Shown piece by piece: positions 19,001 through 27,588 of a stretch of DNA of 64,000 nucleotides. Made by a program: the position numbers and the translations under genes. The first letter of the stretch is position 1; each line of letters begins with the position of its first letter. A model generated the notes under the pieces. That model had not been told where the DNA came from. It searched no databases and saw nothing but the letters and a program-made list of their open reading frames with translations. This DNA is from Candidatus Anammoximicrobium sp. (GTDB lineage Bacteria > Planctomycetota > Planctomycetia > Pirellulales > Pirellulaceae): NCBI GenBank assembly GCA_012515235.1, contig JAAYYU010000042.1:17122-81121 (forward strand), written 5' to 3'.

Positions 19001-19174
19001 TCACGTGTCGGCGTCTCCGGCGTCGTCGTCCAAGCGTTGCACAGCGGGCGGTTCAGCGGTGACCACGCCGCGGATCGTGATGCCCGGCTCGACGCAGGTG
19101 CGCGGGACCTGGATGGCCGACGGTTTCCCGCAGTGCAGGCAGCGGACGCGGAACGTCTTGCGTTTTTCGGGCAT
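19001..19174 (-). CDS. unlisted 57-aa ORF (MPEKRKTFRVRCLHCGKPSAIQVPRTCVEPGITIRGVVTAEPPAVQRLDDDAGDADT)
   Basis: Below the track's size cut-off. GAGGAG lies 7 nt upstream of the ATG. It has a basic N-terminus with CxxC and an acidic tail. It sits 49 bp upstream of the GDSL gene on the same strand. Confidence 0.4.
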   Translation of the reverse strand: MPEKRKTFRVRCLHCGKPSAIQVPRTCVEPGITIRGVVTAEPPAVQRLDDDAGDADT

Positions 19175-19197
19175 GATTGGTCTCCTCGGTTCTGCTT

Positions 19198-19293
19198 GGG
19201 GTCAGGCTTACAGAATTCAATTTTGGCCGAGCAAGGTCGTTTCAAGTAGTTGGACGTCTATCGGCCAGAATTGAATCCTGTAAGCCTGACCCC
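19198..19293. repeat. palindromic MITE/REP-like element, copy 2 (96 bp)
   Basis: Same termini as copy 1. The arms 19198-19230 and 19261-19293 pair over 33 bp with 2 mismatches. The first 40 nt or so align with copy 1 in the same orientation. Confidence 0.85.
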
Positions 19294-20652
19294 ATTCTCG
19301 CGCACGGCCCAGGCTTGCCGCAGGAGCGCCAGCGGCTCGTGGCGCGGAAACGCGGCGTCGACCAGGGTGTACAACCGGTCCAATTCAAACGGGGCTCGAA
19401 AGCCCAAGACACGCACCTGGGGATTCCGCTCGCACGTCGCCCGCTGGGGCATGGCCAGCGAGCCGTCGCCGGAAATCCGTTCCGGGAGGGCGGCCACGGG
19501 ACGCAAATCGACCTGGCGCTGCAGGTCCACCAGCGGGCCATCGGCCGTGCGGTCCAACAGCACGGGCAAGGTCCATTGGGCGCACGGATCGACCGCAGGC
19601 TTGCCGCTGTCCGGGCCGTCGCGCCGCGGATGGTCGCCCGCGGACTTGTCGGCGAGCCAAGCGCCGGTGGCCAGTTCGCGGCGGGCCAGGCTGAGCGCGC
19701 GGCCTACGCTCAAGCCAGCGATCAGCCACTCGAACAACCCCGCCGTCAGCGCCGCCGCCGCGGCGTCCAGCACGCTCAGCCGCATACCCAGCACGCGTTC
19801 GATGCCGCCGACGTGCAAGCGCTGAGCCACGCTGGTGATGACCCCTTGGTTCTCTTCCAGCCGCGAGGTACGGCAGACGCTCAGCATGACCAGGCCGGGT
19901 CGCGTGCCGGGCAGTTCGTCGAAGCCGGCGGCCAGATCGCTGCCCGCCACGGGCCGGGCCCGGCCGGTGCGGGAATCTTCGAACAGCAGGCCCCACTCCG
20001 CCTGCTGCTGAGCGTTGCAGGCCGTGGCCCCGTGCATGCTCAGGATGACGGCGTGGTACTGGTTCCGCCGCAGCCGGTCCCAGAGCGTCTCCAGACAGCC
20101 GTCCTCGGCCACATCGATCACCACTTCGCCGCGGGCCAAGGGCCGGTCCAGGGCGGTGTACAGCAGTTCTTCTTCCTGCTCGTAATCCAGCCGCGAGCGT
20201 TCCGCGTCCAAGTCTTCGGGCGAAGCGACCAGCAGCAGCAGCAAGCGGAACGGGCGCGGCAGGGCCTGCGGCACGTTCGTCCCGCGGCCCGCCAGTCGGC
20301 GGAGCAGGATGCACCAAGGGTGCTGGGCCAAGAACTGCAGCCGGTCGTCGCCGTGGTACAGAGTCTCCCACGGCCAGGCCAGCGTGTCGGGGTCGGTCAC
20401 CACGAGCCGCAACGGCTGCTGGGCGTCGCGGGCGGCGTCCAAGTCGTCGGCCAGCTTCGCGGGATCCAGTCCGGCGGCGTCCCAGAGTTGAGCGCCCAGC
20501 TGTTCCAGCAGGTCGGTCAGGCCGATCGGCTGCGACTGACCCCGCGGGCTGTCCAGGGCCAATTCCAGTTGGTGCGCCAGCCGCTCGATCAACTCGCGCC
20601 GCGGCGATTCGACCCTTGGAGTAATGAGAATGTCGTTTAGCATGGCCTCCAC
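19258..20652 (-). CDS. CHAT-domain (caspase-like) protease; the 3' end is embedded in repeat copy 2
   Basis: PLRLVVTDPDTLAWPWETLY, catalytic-dyad contexts HAVILSMHG and LVMLSVCRT, and CAQWTLPVLLDR at the domain end. The final GVRLTGFNSGR* is encoded by the repeat. The start is GTG 20652 or ATG 20643. Confidence 0.8.
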   Translation of the reverse strand: MEAMLNDILITPRVESPRRELIERLAHQLELALDSPRGQSQPIGLTDLLEQLGAQLWDAAGLDPAKLADDLDAARDAQQPLRLVVTDPDTLAWPWETLYHGDDRLQFLAQHPWCILLRRLAGRGTNVPQALPRPFRLLLLLVASPEDLDAERSRLDYEQEEELLYTALDRPLARGEVVIDVAEDGCLETLWDRLRRNQYHAVILSMHGATACNAQQQAEWGLLFEDSRTGRARPVAGSDLAAGFDELPGTRPGLVMLSVCRTSRLEENQGVITSVAQRLHVGGIERVLGMRLSVLDAAAAALTAGLFEWLIAGLSVGRALSLARRELATGAWLADKSAGDHPRRDGPDSGKPAVDPCAQWTLPVLLDRTADGPLVDLQRQVDLRPVAALPERISGDGSLAMPQRATCERNPQVRVLGFRAPFELDRLYTLVDAAFPRHEPLALLRQAWAVRENGVRLTGFNSGR

Positions 20653-20876
20653 GTTAGCCGCTGGCCCCAGCGATGTGCAACCGTGGTGCTGGTAGAACTC
20701 GCGATTTTCCCGCCCGGCATCGCGAATGCCGCCGAATCGCCCGGCGGATCGTTCTGCTGCCCGCTAGGAACGGAGGCCAAAATAACTTCCCGGTTTCAGC
20801 GGGAACTGGCGGCATGCCCAGGGCCTCGCCGGTTCAGACCGCGGGGTCCGAGGCAACTTTGTGGGGCAGTCTGGCC

Positions 20877-21114
20877 TTCGCCACCACGCTGCTCGCCAGC
20901 GTGGAGCGGTGTTCAAGACCAGCGATGACTCCCCGAACAAATCGGATTCTTCGCCACCACGCTGCTCGCCAGCGCGGAGCGGTGTTCAAGACCAGAGCGA
21001 ATCCAACAGAGAATCCGTTACTGCGTCTCCACGCTGGCAAGCAGCGTGGTGGCCGAACAGGTCGCGGGGCGGGGCGATGGCTGGTTCTGAACATGGCTCC
21101 ACGCTGGCAAGCAG
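20877..21114. repeat. cluster of four REP-like hairpin repeats (two direct, two inverted)
   Basis: 46-bp units lie at 20877-20922 and 20950-20995 (1 mismatch). Inverted partial copies lie at 21027-21057 and 21081-21114. The core hairpin is CCACGCTG-CTCGC-CAGCGTGG. Confidence 0.8.
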
Positions 21115-21465
21115 TCATAACCGTCTGCTAATCAACCCACTGCCACGCATAATGCACCGACTGGCGAGGGCCAGAGATCAGTTAGTCTGAGCCTACGACC
21201 AGCAGCGACGGTGTGGAGAGATGCGGCGTCGGCGGGATGGAGGGTGTGTTCCGGTGGGCCGGCGCTGGTTGATGGGCGGTTCCGGCTCGGCGGTGGTGGG
21301 GGCGGGTGGCGTGGTGCGCTCGGGCTTGATGATGGTCCGCTCTGGCCCACCCTACCTGCGGACGACGGGGACCGGCCTTGATTCAGGCTCGATTATCGTC
21401 TTGAATGCGTCGAAGTGTTTGTTGTCTGCGACCGCTTTATCCGCCCAGCCGAGGAGGCTCTTTCC

Positions 21466-23214
21466 GTGGCTGATCCGCATTCGTTTTCGTTGGGATGGTG
21501 GGACTACGCAGCTTTTGCCCTTTACTTCTTGGGGCTATCCGCGGTCAGCTACTGGTTCGGCCGCGGCGAGCGGGGCAGCACGACGGACTATTTCCTGGCG
21601 GGGAAACGCTTGCCGTGGTACGTCGTCGGGGGCTCGTTCATCGGCTCGAACATCAGCACCGAACATTTCATCGGCATGATCGGCGCGGCCACGGTCTACG
21701 GGATTTGCGTGGCCATGTCGGAGTGGATGAACGTCGTGACGTTCTCGCTGCTGATCTGGTTTTTCATTCCGTTTCTGCTGGCGTCGCGGGTGTTTACGAT
21801 CCCGGAGTTCCTGGAGCGGCGGTTCAGTCTGACGTTGCGGCAGATGTTTGCGGCGGTGACGGTGATCAGCAACGTAGTGGCCTTTCTGGCGGCCGTGCTG
21901 TACGGTGGCGGCGTGGCGTTGGAGAAGCTGTTTGGATTCGATCTCTGGCTGTCGATCATCGTGCTGGGGATTGTGGCGGGCGGTTGGGCCGTGTATGGGG
22001 GGCTGTCGTCGGTGGCCTGGGGGGACCTGTTCATGGTCGTCGTGATGGTCGCCGGCGGGTTGGTGGTCACGGCGTTGGGGCTGGACGCCCTGGCGGGCGA
22101 GGGCTCGTTGGCCGACGGCTTCCGCGTGATGATTGAACGGAACCGGGCGGACAGCGGCGCGTGGGCCGAGGCGGTCGCGCATCACGTCCACCGCCTGGGC
22201 GGGACCGATTCGTACAATCGGCTATCGGTCTTCCAGCCGGCCAGCCATCCGACTCACCCCTGGACGAGTCTGTTGCTGGGGATCTTCTCGGTCAGCGTCT
22301 GGTACAACGTGTTGAACCAGTTCATGATCCAGCGCGTCTTGGGCGCCAAGAACGGCTATCACGCCCGGATGGGGATCGTTTTTGCGGGGTTCATGAAGAT
22401 CCTGATGCCGGTGATCGTCGTGCTGCCGGGCCTGATCCTGTTTGCGATGCGGCCGGAGCTGCTGTTGCAGTCTTGGGACAAGGTGGGCCGGACAGCAGAC
22501 CAAGGGTACATTCACTTGCTGCAGACGCTGATGCCGGTAGGTTTGCGCGGGCTGTTCCTGGCCGGGCTGTTCGGGGCGATCCAGTCGACGGTCAACGCGG
22601 TCCTGAACTCGACGGCCACGGTGTTCACGTTGGACATCTACCGACGCCTGCTTCGGAAGGACGCCAGCGACCAGCATCTGGTTTGGGTGGGGGTGGTTTC
22701 GTCGGTCGTCATTTTGGCCGTTGCCATTGTGCTGGGCGGATTCATCGGCGTTCTGGGCGGCGGATTGTTCGTCTACATCCAGGAGTTGTACGCGTTTTTT
22801 GCTCCCCCGTTTGCCGCAGTGTTCTTGCTGGGCATCTTGTGGCGGCGCGTGAACAGCCTCGGAGCGTTGGCGGCGGTCCTGTTCGGGTTCGCGTTTGGGA
22901 TTGGCGTCAAGGTATACCTGGGAATCGCGGCGGCGCCCCCGGCCTGGTTGACGCCGTACGCCAACCAGGCGGCACTGAATTGGCTGTTGTGCTGCCTGGT
23001 GTGTACGGCCGTGAGTTTGAACACTGCTCCGCCTCGGCCCGACCAAGTCGGCGACGACGTGACCATCAACTGGGGCCAGCTGAACATCTTTGCCGATTTG
23101 GGCACGACCTGGTACACGAGCGTGGTCACGTGGTGGTTGCTGTTCGTGGTGGCGATCGCGAGCCTGTTCGTGTTCTTTTCCGGGCTGGTGTTTCCCACGG
23201 GGATGCAGTGGTAG
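21466..23214 (+). CDS. sodium:solute symporter family (SSF/SGLT-like) transporter
   Basis: GAGGAGG lies 8 nt before the GTG at 21466. The protein is multi-TM, with YFLAGKRLPWYVVGGSFIGSNISTEHFIGMIG typical of SSF. Confidence 0.9.
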   Translation: MADPHSFSLGWWDYAAFALYFLGLSAVSYWFGRGERGSTTDYFLAGKRLPWYVVGGSFIGSNISTEHFIGMIGAATVYGICVAMSEWMNVVTFSLLIWFFIPFLLASRVFTIPEFLERRFSLTLRQMFAAVTVISNVVAFLAAVLYGGGVALEKLFGFDLWLSIIVLGIVAGGWAVYGGLSSVAWGDLFMVVVMVAGGLVVTALGLDALAGEGSLADGFRVMIERNRADSGAWAEAVAHHVHRLGGTDSYNRLSVFQPASHPTHPWTSLLLGIFSVSVWYNVLNQFMIQRVLGAKNGYHARMGIVFAGFMKILMPVIVVLPGLILFAMRPELLLQSWDKVGRTADQGYIHLLQTLMPVGLRGLFLAGLFGAIQSTVNAVLNSTATVFTLDIYRRLLRKDASDQHLVWVGVVSSVVILAVAIVLGGFIGVLGGGLFVYIQELYAFFAPPFAAVFLLGILWRRVNSLGALAAVLFGFAFGIGVKVYLGIAAAPPAWLTPYANQAALNWLLCCLVCTAVSLNTAPPRPDQVGDDVTINWGQLNIFADLGTTWYTSVVTWWLLFVVAIASLFVFFSGLVFPTGMQW

Positions 23215-23491
23215 ATTGACGAAGTCCAGTCCGGCGCGGGCGTCCATCGCGGGAGCGAATTCATGTTCCAGGCTGAGCATGGCCATTGATTCGAGGTGGT
23301 CTTTCCGACGGGCATCCCGGATGGCAAGGGGAGCCTGCCCCATGCAGAAAGCTCAACGGATTCGCCTGAGTTGCCAAGCGAAACACCGGTCCAAGACGGA
23401 GCAGACGTTCTGCCTTCGTGAAACGCCGCTTGCTCCGATTTCCGCAGAACGGCCGCGACAGCGTCCGATCGCCTTGTCGGCGGAGACCGGT

Positions 23492-26461
23492 TCAGCGTTT
23501 GGGCAGTTCGAGCGACCCGGCGACCTGGCCCAGGTTCAAGAACCGGCCGCCGTCCACCTGGATGCTCTGCGTGTTTGTCCAGAAGCGGATCTGCTGGGCG
23601 GCCGCGTCGGGGGTGGTGCTGCCCTTGCGCCACAGTTCCGCGTCGGCGCGGCCGTCGCCTTCCAGGATGACCAGTTCCTTGGCCTTGGCGTAGGCCACGC
23701 GCCACGCGCGGGCCGAAAACGCCTGGCCTTCGATGCTCGCGTTGCCCAACGCCGTCAATTCGAGGCCGGCCTCCTGGCCATTCACTCGCGCGGCGGCGTC
23801 GGCGATCGCCAGTTGATCGCTGGTCAGCAGGTACTGCCCGCGTCCGACCCCTTCCGCCGGGTTGGGATCGAGCGTCTTGTCCCAAGCCTCGACCGGCCCG
23901 TACAGCGTGCGCACGCGTCCGCGGAATTCCAGTTCCCTCGCCAGCACGTTGCCGACGGCTTCGTCCTCGTAGTCCACCCGCAGATAGACCAGACGCGGCT
24001 CGGACGCTTCGTCCGGAGAGGCCGGGTTGAGGTTTTTCTCCGCCAGCCCCTGGTCGTACCGCACCGAGCTGCCCCAACCCGGACCGTAGGCATGCAGTCG
24101 GCCGGTGCTTTGGTCGATCGTCAGGTCTCGGACCTGCAGTTGATCGTACGAAGTCTGGCTCCCGGCCAGCCGGCCGGTATTCTGCAGATACACGCCGCCC
24201 ACAAAGGCCAGTTCCTGGACGTCCAGGTTTTGCGGCGGTTTGTCAGAACTCAAGTCCGCCTTCTGGTTGAGGGTCACGGCCAGTTCGTGGCCCATGACCA
24301 GCAGGTCGAAGACTTCGCCTTGCTGCGACCATTGAACGCCGCTGACGTGCACGTCGCGCAGGAATCGGGCCGTGCGGCCGTCGAAGTCCAGGCGGCCACC
24401 CCAGGCGACGCTCAACGGTGGGGACGCGGCCGAATCCGCCGCCGGTCCCGGTCCCGCCCCGCGCCGCTGCGCCGACACCGGCAGCAGCATCTTGCCGGGG
24501 CTGTCGATCCAAATGCGATTCTCGCCGCGGCTCAACTGGATCGTGTCGCCTGCGACGGTCAGGCCGCGGGCCGACACCTCTGACGGCCGGCCCTTCACGT
24601 GGACGCGGGCCGAGGTCGTATTGGCATGGTCGACCTGGATCAGGTCGCCGACGATCGCCAGCGGCACGTCGCCCGCCTTCTCCGTGCGGACTTCCCGCAG
24701 TCGAACTTGGCCGTCCAGGACCAGATGCTCCACGATCGTTTCCTGGCCGCGACGCACCAACTGGGTCTGCAGGTGGTCGGCGGCCAGTTCGAATTTCTGA
24801 TTGGATCTTCGGCGTTGGGCAGGGTCCTGGGACTGCTTGGGACCGGCGGTTGCGGCAGCGGCTTCCGGGGCGTCTTCGTGACGGATCCAGACCTCGGCCC
24901 GCTGCGTCGTTCCTGCCAGTTGCCAGGAATCGACGCGGACATCGCCCTCGGCCAGCATCCGGAGCGGCCGATAGCGGAAGCGCGGTTGACCGCGGGGCGC
25001 TTCCGGATCGGGCGATTCGTTGATCCACAGATGCAAATCGCGGGCGGCAAATTCGCCCTCGCCGTGCATCCGCAGCGTCCCGCCTCCCAGCACGGACAAG
25101 GCGTGATCGCCCTGATGCGGCTGGAGCATCACGCGGTCGTTCCAGGCGACTTCCAGCGCCTGGCCCGCCGCTTCGGGTCGGTCCGCTTGTCCGGGCAGCG
25201 TGCCGTAAGCGTGGCCGGGGCCGCGAGCCTGCAATCGGCCCAGCCCACCGCCGGCCGCGAATTGGTACTCCAGCTGTCGAGCCTCGACGTCGTACTGCTG
25301 GTAGCGCAGCAGCAGTTTCTGCCCGTCCTCGATCCGCACCTGGCGGGTCAGGAAATTGTATTCGAACAGTTCCGCGCGCAGCGTCGCGGCATACGACGGC
25401 GCCTGTAAGACGGCCGGCGCGCCGCGGGCCTGGATGCGTTCGACCTGCAAACCCTGCAGATCGGGCGTGGCTGAGCCGGCGGGTTTGCCGCCGGACTTAG
25501 GACGATCTGACGACGTCGCGAAGTAGATCGACAGCTGTTGACAATTCAGTTGGTCCAGGGGACCGCCGGCGGGCACCCGCAGCACGTCCACGTGGTCATG
25601 AAACGTCGCAACTTTGCCCGCGAAATCGAACTTGAACGGCCCCTGGCAAGTGATCTCCACCTGCAGCGACGGCGCGGGGCTCTCGGCCGGGGGCTCGGCC
25701 TTGGCCTGGGCGGTCGACGCCAGTTCGCGAGGGTTGTCCAACTGCAACCGGATGCGGTCCACGTGCACGAGTTCCGCAGCCGACACAAGCGGCACGCGGT
25801 TCTTGCGCGGCGATCCGCTTTCGGTCAGGTTCATGCCGGCGGGCGTAGTCAGGTAGATGATCAGGTCTCGGCCGCTGCCGTAGCTTGGCCCGTAACGAAA
25901 CCGAAGGGGCTGGGGGGCCTTGATCTGGTCCCGTGCCAGCTGCACGTTGTGGGTGACCACTTCCAACTGGTCCCCTGCCCCCGGCCGGCTCTCCGGACTG
26001 CGGATCGTCACCTCACCCGGCAGCGAACCGCGGTCCAGGTGCCCAATCTGGCCCCGCGCCAGGTTGATGGGCTCGGCAAAGGTCAGCACCGCGCCTTGGG
26101 CCGCCTGCAGGATGACAGGCCGCGCCCCCTGGCGGTCCTCGCCGCCGCCCGAAAACAGAATCAACGTACACGGCTTCAACTCGATCCGATACGGATCCAA
26201 CTCGCGGAGGTCCCGCAACAGCAACACGGCCCGGTCGGTGTCCAAGACCTTGGGCCGGTTGAGTTCCCAGCTGCCGGGCGGAAACAACGCCTGCAATTCC
26301 TGCGTGCGCGCATCGGCGCTGGTCGTCCAACTCGCTTCGCCCGCGACCGCACGCGGCTTGGCGGCCGGTTCGATGAACGGCACGAGCACCAGCCGGTACG
26401 CGAAATACGCGAAAACGACTGTGGCCAGGCTCGTGACAAAGCGGACGAAGCGGGAAACCAT
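23492..26461 (-). CDS. 989-aa membrane-anchored protein with repeated LptC/LptA (OstA)-like patterns
   Basis: N-terminal TM (FVTSLATVVFAYFAYRLVLVPF). Repeated motifs of the type 'A..l.y......l.L.G.a.l' occur, e.g. ARAWRVAYAKAKELVILEGDGRADAELWRKG and GDTIQLSRGENRIWIDSPGKM. It starts 16 bp after the kdsC stop. The CDS call is solid; the function is inferred. Confidence 0.6.
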   Translation of the reverse strand: MVSRFVRFVTSLATVVFAYFAYRLVLVPFIEPAAKPRAVAGEASWTTSADARTQELQALFPPGSWELNRPKVLDTDRAVLLLRDLRELDPYRIELKPCTLILFSGGGEDRQGARPVILQAAQGAVLTFAEPINLARGQIGHLDRGSLPGEVTIRSPESRPGAGDQLEVVTHNVQLARDQIKAPQPLRFRYGPSYGSGRDLIIYLTTPAGMNLTESGSPRKNRVPLVSAAELVHVDRIRLQLDNPRELASTAQAKAEPPAESPAPSLQVEITCQGPFKFDFAGKVATFHDHVDVLRVPAGGPLDQLNCQQLSIYFATSSDRPKSGGKPAGSATPDLQGLQVERIQARGAPAVLQAPSYAATLRAELFEYNFLTRQVRIEDGQKLLLRYQQYDVEARQLEYQFAAGGGLGRLQARGPGHAYGTLPGQADRPEAAGQALEVAWNDRVMLQPHQGDHALSVLGGGTLRMHGEGEFAARDLHLWINESPDPEAPRGQPRFRYRPLRMLAEGDVRVDSWQLAGTTQRAEVWIRHEDAPEAAAATAGPKQSQDPAQRRRSNQKFELAADHLQTQLVRRGQETIVEHLVLDGQVRLREVRTEKAGDVPLAIVGDLIQVDHANTTSARVHVKGRPSEVSARGLTVAGDTIQLSRGENRIWIDSPGKMLLPVSAQRRGAGPGPAADSAASPPLSVAWGGRLDFDGRTARFLRDVHVSGVQWSQQGEVFDLLVMGHELAVTLNQKADLSSDKPPQNLDVQELAFVGGVYLQNTGRLAGSQTSYDQLQVRDLTIDQSTGRLHAYGPGWGSSVRYDQGLAEKNLNPASPDEASEPRLVYLRVDYEDEAVGNVLARELEFRGRVRTLYGPVEAWDKTLDPNPAEGVGRGQYLLTSDQLAIADAAARVNGQEAGLELTALGNASIEGQAFSARAWRVAYAKAKELVILEGDGRADAELWRKGSTTPDAAAQQIRFWTNTQSIQVDGGRFLNLGQVAGSLELPKR

Positions 26462-26477
26462 GATTGGCGATCCGGAA

Positions 26478-26999
26478 TCACAGTGTGTAGTTCCGAATCA
26501 GATCCTCCCAACGATGCTTGGCCTTCAACAACAACTCCACGACTTCCCGCACCGCCCCGCGGCCGCCCGGCGAGGTCGTGACGTACTGGGCCGCCGCGCG
26601 GACCTCCGGCACGGCGTCGGCGACGGCGACGCTCAAGCCGACGTATTGCAGCAGCGACAGGTCGGTCAGATCGTCGCCGATATGGCAGACCTGCTCCGGC
26701 TTCAGCCCTAGTTCGGCAATCACTTTTTTGCCCACCGGCAACTTGTTCTCAAATCCTTGGCGCACCACTTCCACGCCCAGCTCCGCGGCCCGCACCTTGA
26801 CGATGTGCGAAGTGCGGGCCGACAGCACGCCAAACTTGAAGCCGGCTTTCTGCCAGAGTTTGATCCCCAGCCCGTCGCGGATCTGAAACTTCTTGATTTC
26901 GATGCCCTGGTTGTCGAAATAGATTCCGCCGTCGGTCAGCACGCCGTCGACGTCCGAAAGGATCAACTCGATCCGTTTGCAACGATCTTCCATCTTCAT
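26478..26999 (-). CDS. kdsC: 3-deoxy-D-manno-octulosonate 8-phosphate phosphatase (HAD-IIIA)
   Basis: LILSDVDGVLTDGGIYFDNQGIEIKKFQIRDGLGIKLW..IGDDLTDLSLL..AVADA..YVTTSPGGRGAVREV. Confidence 0.85.
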   Translation of the reverse strand: MKMEDRCKRIELILSDVDGVLTDGGIYFDNQGIEIKKFQIRDGLGIKLWQKAGFKFGVLSARTSHIVKVRAAELGVEVVRQGFENKLPVGKKVIAELGLKPEQVCHIGDDLTDLSLLQYVGLSVAVADAVPEVRAAAQYVTTSPGGRGAVREVVELLLKAKHRWEDLIRNYTL

Positions 27000-27588
27000 C
27001 TACGTTCGACCTTCCTGAAAGAGTTCGCAGCCCAGTCGCATTTCTCGCCCCCTGAGCCGAAATGCGCGCGGCGGAAGAGGGGGTCACATCGCCGCCCCCC
27101 ATGAATTCTGCCATCCCGATCCACCGTCGCTACCAAAATCGCGGGCCGGCAAAACCGCCATTCCACGCAAATTCTCTCCCGCGGGCACCTCGAAAGATCG
27201 GCCCGCCCCGACCGCAGCAACTCTTGACCCGTTGGTCGCCCAGAGACCAGGCGGCTTGCCGGGGAGTTTGCGGGCGAGGCGCGTTGTTCGCAGGAACAGA
27301 GGGACGCCGCTGGACTGGCTGGTCCTGTACTCATCGTGATGTCTTCCTTGACACTCGAAGCGGCCCGGTCGTCGATACGTCCCGGCTGAGACAACTTCCC
27401 GATCCGTTCAGGATACGCCGCGCGTCTGTTCCAACCATCCAGAGACACGCCGCGCAAAGCGATCCCGCATTCGGTCCAGCCGGCGCGCAACGCTGGGACG
27501 CGGAATTCTACCGCTTCCCGTAATTAGGGGCAATGTTGACGCGCCGCGAACCGATGCCTTTGCCTCGTCCGGATCGTGAGACGACAAG

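Noticed and set aside
19001-20652. I considered whether CHAT, the mini-ORF, GDSL and HtrA form a protease-activated defence operon (gasdermin-like logic).
   Set aside because: No gasdermin-sized pore-former or NTPase sensor is present. The GDSL and HtrA proteins carry signal/TM sequences and look like ordinary envelope enzymes, and repeat elements separate the genes. Co-directionality alone is not enough.
20877-20995. Two 46-bp direct repeats separated by a 27-bp spacer looked superficially like a mini-CRISPR array.
   Set aside because: There are only two direct copies. They are followed immediately by reverse-complement copies of the same unit, each unit is a simple hairpin typical of REPs, and no cas genes or leader occur anywhere in the window.
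26996-27490. 164-aa minus-strand ORF filling part of the kdsC upstream gap.
   Set aside because: It has Arg/Gly/Ser-rich composition and no motifs, and it overlaps the kdsC start. It is more likely non-coding leader or promoter DNA.
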